A stretch of 26,614 bases of DNA, taken from assembly GCA_016748015.1 (NCBI GenBank), contig JAAOMT010000753.1:1-26614 (forward strand). The letters are read 5' to 3'. The translations under genes and the position numbers were made by a program. The DNA is from Geosiphon pyriformis uo1 (taxonomy: Eukaryota > Fungi > Glomeromycota). Below, in pieces: positions 22,314-26,614 of this stretch. Position 1 is the stretch's first letter, and each line of letters opens with the position of its first letter. The notes beneath the pieces are model-generated. The model saw nothing but the letters and a program-made list of their open reading frames with translations. It was not told where the DNA came from and did not search any database.

Positions 22314-24267
22314 ATAAAACTGGTAGGCTTCTCTGCTGGTGGTTTAGTTCTGTTTTGGCTGGATTGGAGACCCAGTCTAATAATAAAAAGAAAGTGCAAG
22401 TTGAAAGTGTATACTTTTATGGTTTTTCATATAAGAAATCTAAAATTCCTGGAAATGCTAGTGGTGTGGTCAATTTGTCAGCTGGTTCTATTCTTGGCAA
22501 TGTTTTACAAGCTGGCAATTTGGAATGAAAGATGTCTTGGGGCAGCAAAATAGAGAGCAAGGATGCTAATGTTAGTGGGACATCTGACTTGAAAAACATG
22601 AGTAATATGGTGGCAGAAAAAACAAGTTATGTAGACTCCAACGATTTCAAAGCTGATAATATGGTAGATAATATGACTTCGAAGAAGACACAAATGAGAA
22701 CATATGCTCTAAGACAACTACCAAAGAAGCCTTCTTTCAATGTTATGAATGACGTCAACAATGTTTTGGAACTTCTGTCTCCCAAGTTTCAAGGTTCCAA
22801 TCAGCTGCCAAGTGCCAAGTCATGTGTTCTGGAAAAAATGAGCTTTGAGCCAGTAAAATCATTTGCATTAGATATTGAGCTTTTGGTTGTTCTAGGGAAA
22901 AATGTTAGTGAGAAATTGATTTTAATTAAAAAAATTTTTTATTAAGTAGATGGTTTTGGGAGAGCTTTTACTTCCTCAAAATTTCCAGGGATCATTAGAT
23001 CCTCCTTTACTTCTGAGTTGAGTTTTAACAAAGCTAAGAAATTGGCAATTCATGGGAAGATTTTAGTAAATAATAATGTTAAAAAGTTGAGTATTTGTTC
23101 AAATCAGGAATAATTGTCAAGGAAATTCCAGTAAATCTTCTCAGATCAACAGTTGAGTCAGTTTTTGCTAAGTTTGGTAAAATTGTGTCTATCAAAATGC
23201 AATTAATTGGTTTGTAGCAGAAAGCTTTGGTTGAGTTTGAATCACCAGAGGTGGCTAGTTTGGTTGCTTCTAAATGGTTTGTTCTTATGGGAAAGAATTC
23301 TGTATGGATGGTATTGGCTGTTGAAGATAAACAATTGTGAGTGTTCAGAGATCAGCATAAGGCCTTACTCTATACTTTGCCAGTTGGCACTACTGTTCAT
23401 GATTTGTCTGGTTTACTTGATTTATATGGTAAGAAGACCTGTTTTATTGGTCACAATCCTAGTTCTTATGTCTGTAACAGATGTGCTGTGGTTTGTTTTA
23501 CTGATAAGGAATCAAAGTTGGCTGTGATTAGTTCTAATCCAGTTTTTAAGAATGTGAATTTGCGATGGACTGGTCTTTCTCTGGCTTATTGTGCCAAATA
23601 CAAACAAATTGGTCACATCTCTGATGTATGTTCATCTGGTGAGATTTCTGGGGCTTGTGGGAAGCGAGTGGTGACTGACTGAAATCAAGTTTGTCTGACT
23701 GATATTTATAAGAAGAAACAAGCTCCCATTGCCTGTTCAGTTTCTTTTGATAGTAGAACTTGGGCTCAGATAGCTGGTAGTTTATTTTTTCATGTGGCTT
23801 CTTCGGTTCTTTTTGGTGCCAGTCTGTTTCTTGTTGCTAAAACCTCTCTATTTGCTTCTGCCTTGTCTGATGATCGTGACATGTATGATTGTTTGGCTTC
23901 TTTGGAACACTCTCTGAAACTTTTGGCTGATCAGATTTCTGGTATTTTGGAGAAATTGGGTTCCATAAAATTGGTGTCTTTGGCAACTACATCTGATGCT
24001 TCTCTCTCAGCAGTTTCAGTGTCTGTGGTTTCAGGTTTGAACTTGGATATAGTATTGGATGGTGCTCTAATGATTCCCAATTTTTCTTCTCCTGTTATTG
24101 GTGATACAACTCTCATTATAAGTTCAAGTAATTCTAAAGTTTTGACTACCAAAGTCAGTAGTTTAGAATCTAAGATGGTGGCTTTGGAAATCTCAGTTGA
24201 ATTTGTTTTGGAAAAATTGGATTGTTTGTGCTCAGATTTAGGTTTGTCAGCTGCCTCTATTTCTTAA
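22314..24267 (+). pseudogene. LINE ORF1 pseudogene (piece A)
   Basis: SFALDIEL, KALLYTLPVGTTVHDL, CAKYKQIGHISDVC (decayed CCHC), LEHSLKLLADQISGILEKL. The start is inferred at an ATA (ex-ATG) at 22314. Confidence 0.85.
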
Positions 24268-24984
24268 TGAGTGTTTTGGTTTGGAAGATTGCCACATACA
24301 ATATAAGGGGCATGAACAATCTTGTAAAACAAGATAATATAATTTGTTGGCATAAGGAGACAAACAATTTAATTTCTATCATTACTGAGACTAAATTAAA
24401 GGGTAAAATTTGCTCATGAATTATGAATAAGTTTGATGGTGTCTGGGTGTTTATCTCTGGTTTAGATTCTGGTTATGTGAGCTCTGGCATTGTGATTGTC
24501 ATGGACATTTTTTTGACAAGACATGTGTACAAAGTTTCTAAGGTGCCTGGTCAGCTCCTGTCTATTAAGTTGCTTTTCAAAAATAAATTTTCTGTGTCTA
24601 TTTTGGGGCTATATGCTGGTGCTTCTTCAATGGTTTGGTTTTCTCAGGCTGGTGAAGTTAATTCTCTTATTGCTAAGGCTGTTAATAAATTTTCTTTTAT
24701 TGTTTTGGGTGGTGATTTCAATAAGGACGGTTTGTGTAAGAGGGCAAGTTTTAAAAGATGTTTAGACTTAGAGCTGGTCAATTTTTTGTCAGGTAGTCTA
24801 GTCGTAAAAAGTCCTACATAAGAAAATTTGAGAAGTGTGAAAAAACAATAGATTTCGTGTTAGTTTCATCTAATTTGGTCAATACAGTAATAGATCACAA
24901 TGTTGTGGATGTGAGTGAACATTTTAACACTGATCATTGGGCAGTTTTTGTTTCTGTGGGCTTAGGTGGTCTGCTGGATACTCA
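24267..24984 (+). pseudogene. LINE ORF2 APE endonuclease domain pseudogene (piece A)
   Basis: All main APE motifs in order: xNxRG, TETK, GDFN, IDF, TDH; internal stops at Trp codons. Confidence 0.92.
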
Positions 24985-26614
24985 AAGAAAAAATATCATA
25001 AAAAATATCATAAAAAAACTTCTTTCTCTTATTTCTCAAAGAGAAATTATTTTTGTAAAAAAAAGTTTTTTATTTTTTTATTTTGTTTATTAATATTTCA
25101 CAAAATACAAATTCTTTTGTTTAAGAACTGATAATCATTATTAATAATAATTTGACAAAAAAAAGTTGGGTAAAAAAGCTATTTTTGGGTAATTTTGTTT
25201 GTTTTAAATTTAAATAGATGGTTGTTAGATTTATTAAAAAAAAATAAAAATTATTATCAAAAAATTTTATGTTTTAAATATTAATTTTTTGGTTTTAAAA
25301 GAAAAAATATTACAGATAAACAAAAAATTATTTTCAAATATAAATAATCTAAAAGAATTATTATTTTTTGAAAATTCAAAGTTATATTTATATTATAAAA
25401 TAAATTATTTTAGATTATAATGTTAACTATAAATAAAATAATTTAAAGAAACCAAAAGTACAATTAGATTAAATTATAATCATTGAAAAAATTTATGAAA
25501 ATTTTTTTAAAAATCAATTATTTTAATTTTAATCAAATTTAATAAGATAATATTAATTTGATTATAATTGATTAAGCTATAACAATAAGCTATAGTAAAG
25601 TTTTATTGAATTAAATTAATTTTTTAATATTTAGTAATTTATTTTAAGCAGTAAAATTCAATATATATAAAAACTATTAAAAATTAAATTACTTAAAAAC
25701 AAAAAATATATTTAAAACTGTATTATTTATTTTATTTATAAATACAATTACATATAATTTTAAGAATTTTTTAGAAAAAACTAATAAAAAAATTTGTGTT
25801 ATCAATTATATATTTGCTATTAATAACAAAATAAAATATATTATTGTTTGTTTTAAAGCTAAAAAAAAACTTTTTATATTATTTTTATGTTTAATAAAAT
25901 TAATTTATTATGTATTAAATTAGATTTGGTTTTTATAAAAATTATAATATTTTAAACATACTAAGCTAAAATATAACTTTTAAAAAATTTTTAAAAAAGT
26001 TTATTAAATAAATATTTTTAAAAATTAATTAAATCTAATTTATTAAAAATTCTTTCTCTCTTGCATCCTAAATTCTTAAAAAAATATGATATTTTTGAAA
26101 GAATTTTTTTTGTTTTTAATTATTTCTTGCTATTTAATTAAATATCTTAAAACTTTTTTTGTTTAACTATAAAACTATTGATATTGACAGTGATTTGAGT
26201 ATAAAAAAACATAAAAAAAGTGTTTTAAATAATTTTGTTATTGAAATTAATGCTAGTGCTTCTTAAAAATCATTAAAAACTGGTAGAATAAGTAATTTAA
26301 CTGTTGACAAAACAATTAATACAAAGAACATAGATATAAAAAAAGTTTTTTGTTAAAAAAACCAGCTTTTAACTTGGTAGTAATAATAAATCAGAACAAA
26401 AAAATGGTAACATAAAAGCTGAAAAAATTTATTTCTAAATGTATTTTTAGAAAATTTTATAAGTAAATTAATATTAATATTAATATTAATATTAAAAATA
26501 ATATTTTGGATAAGTTTCTGTTTTTTTTGTTTTTTTTTTCAAACTTTTGGTTTATAATTTAGTTTGCAAATTATTTGATTTAGATATCAATTTTTTAGCT
26601 ATTAATTTTTCAGT

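Larger units (their letters stand above)
22185..24984 (+). mobile_element. LINE 5' half, second subfamily ('piece A'): 5' UTR, ORF1 and APE domain; 3' part absent in place
   Basis: Pyrimidine-rich leader, ORF1 fragments (22532-24267), then MSVLVWKIATYNIRG...ITETKL...LGGDFN...IDFVLVS...TDHWAV...GLGGLLDTQ. Abrupt change to AT-rich DNA at 24985. Confidence 0.95.

Noticed and set aside
541-24984. Alternative genetic code or readthrough (TGA/TAG at Trp positions)
   Set aside because: TGA, TAG and TAA all replace TGG, TGG is still used, and frameshifts co-occur; G>A decay explains it.

Overview
Very AT-rich, intron-bearing eukaryotic DNA with no intact gene. The repeat families, short introns and kinase style suggest a Glomeromycotina/Mucoromycota fungus (Geosiphon-like; inference only). 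The window is a stack of decayed mobile elements. In order: a kinase pseudogene (~0.5-0.8 kb); an intron-containing BED-finger hAT transposase pseudogene (3.4-4.2 kb); a second hAT-like terminus (4292); a ~6.4 kb minus-strand LINE (ORF1 RRM/CCHC; ORF2 APE-RT-RNase H-CCHC; (TAAA)n tail); a decayed spliced gene; and a Tc1-type DD34E remnant. The LINE is split in-frame by a 3369-bp non-autonomous LTR retroelement with ~1 kb LTRs, a 4-bp TSD, an intact 18-nt PBS, an 87-bp tandem array and a probable dUTPase relic. Two plus-strand pieces of a second LINE subfamily break at the same codon but lie in swapped order, bracketing an 8.6-kb block, which suggests circular permutation. Decay is dominated by C>T/G>A transitions on both strands, mostly outside CpG. 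Most ORFs in the supplied track are fragments or antisense shadows of these elements.
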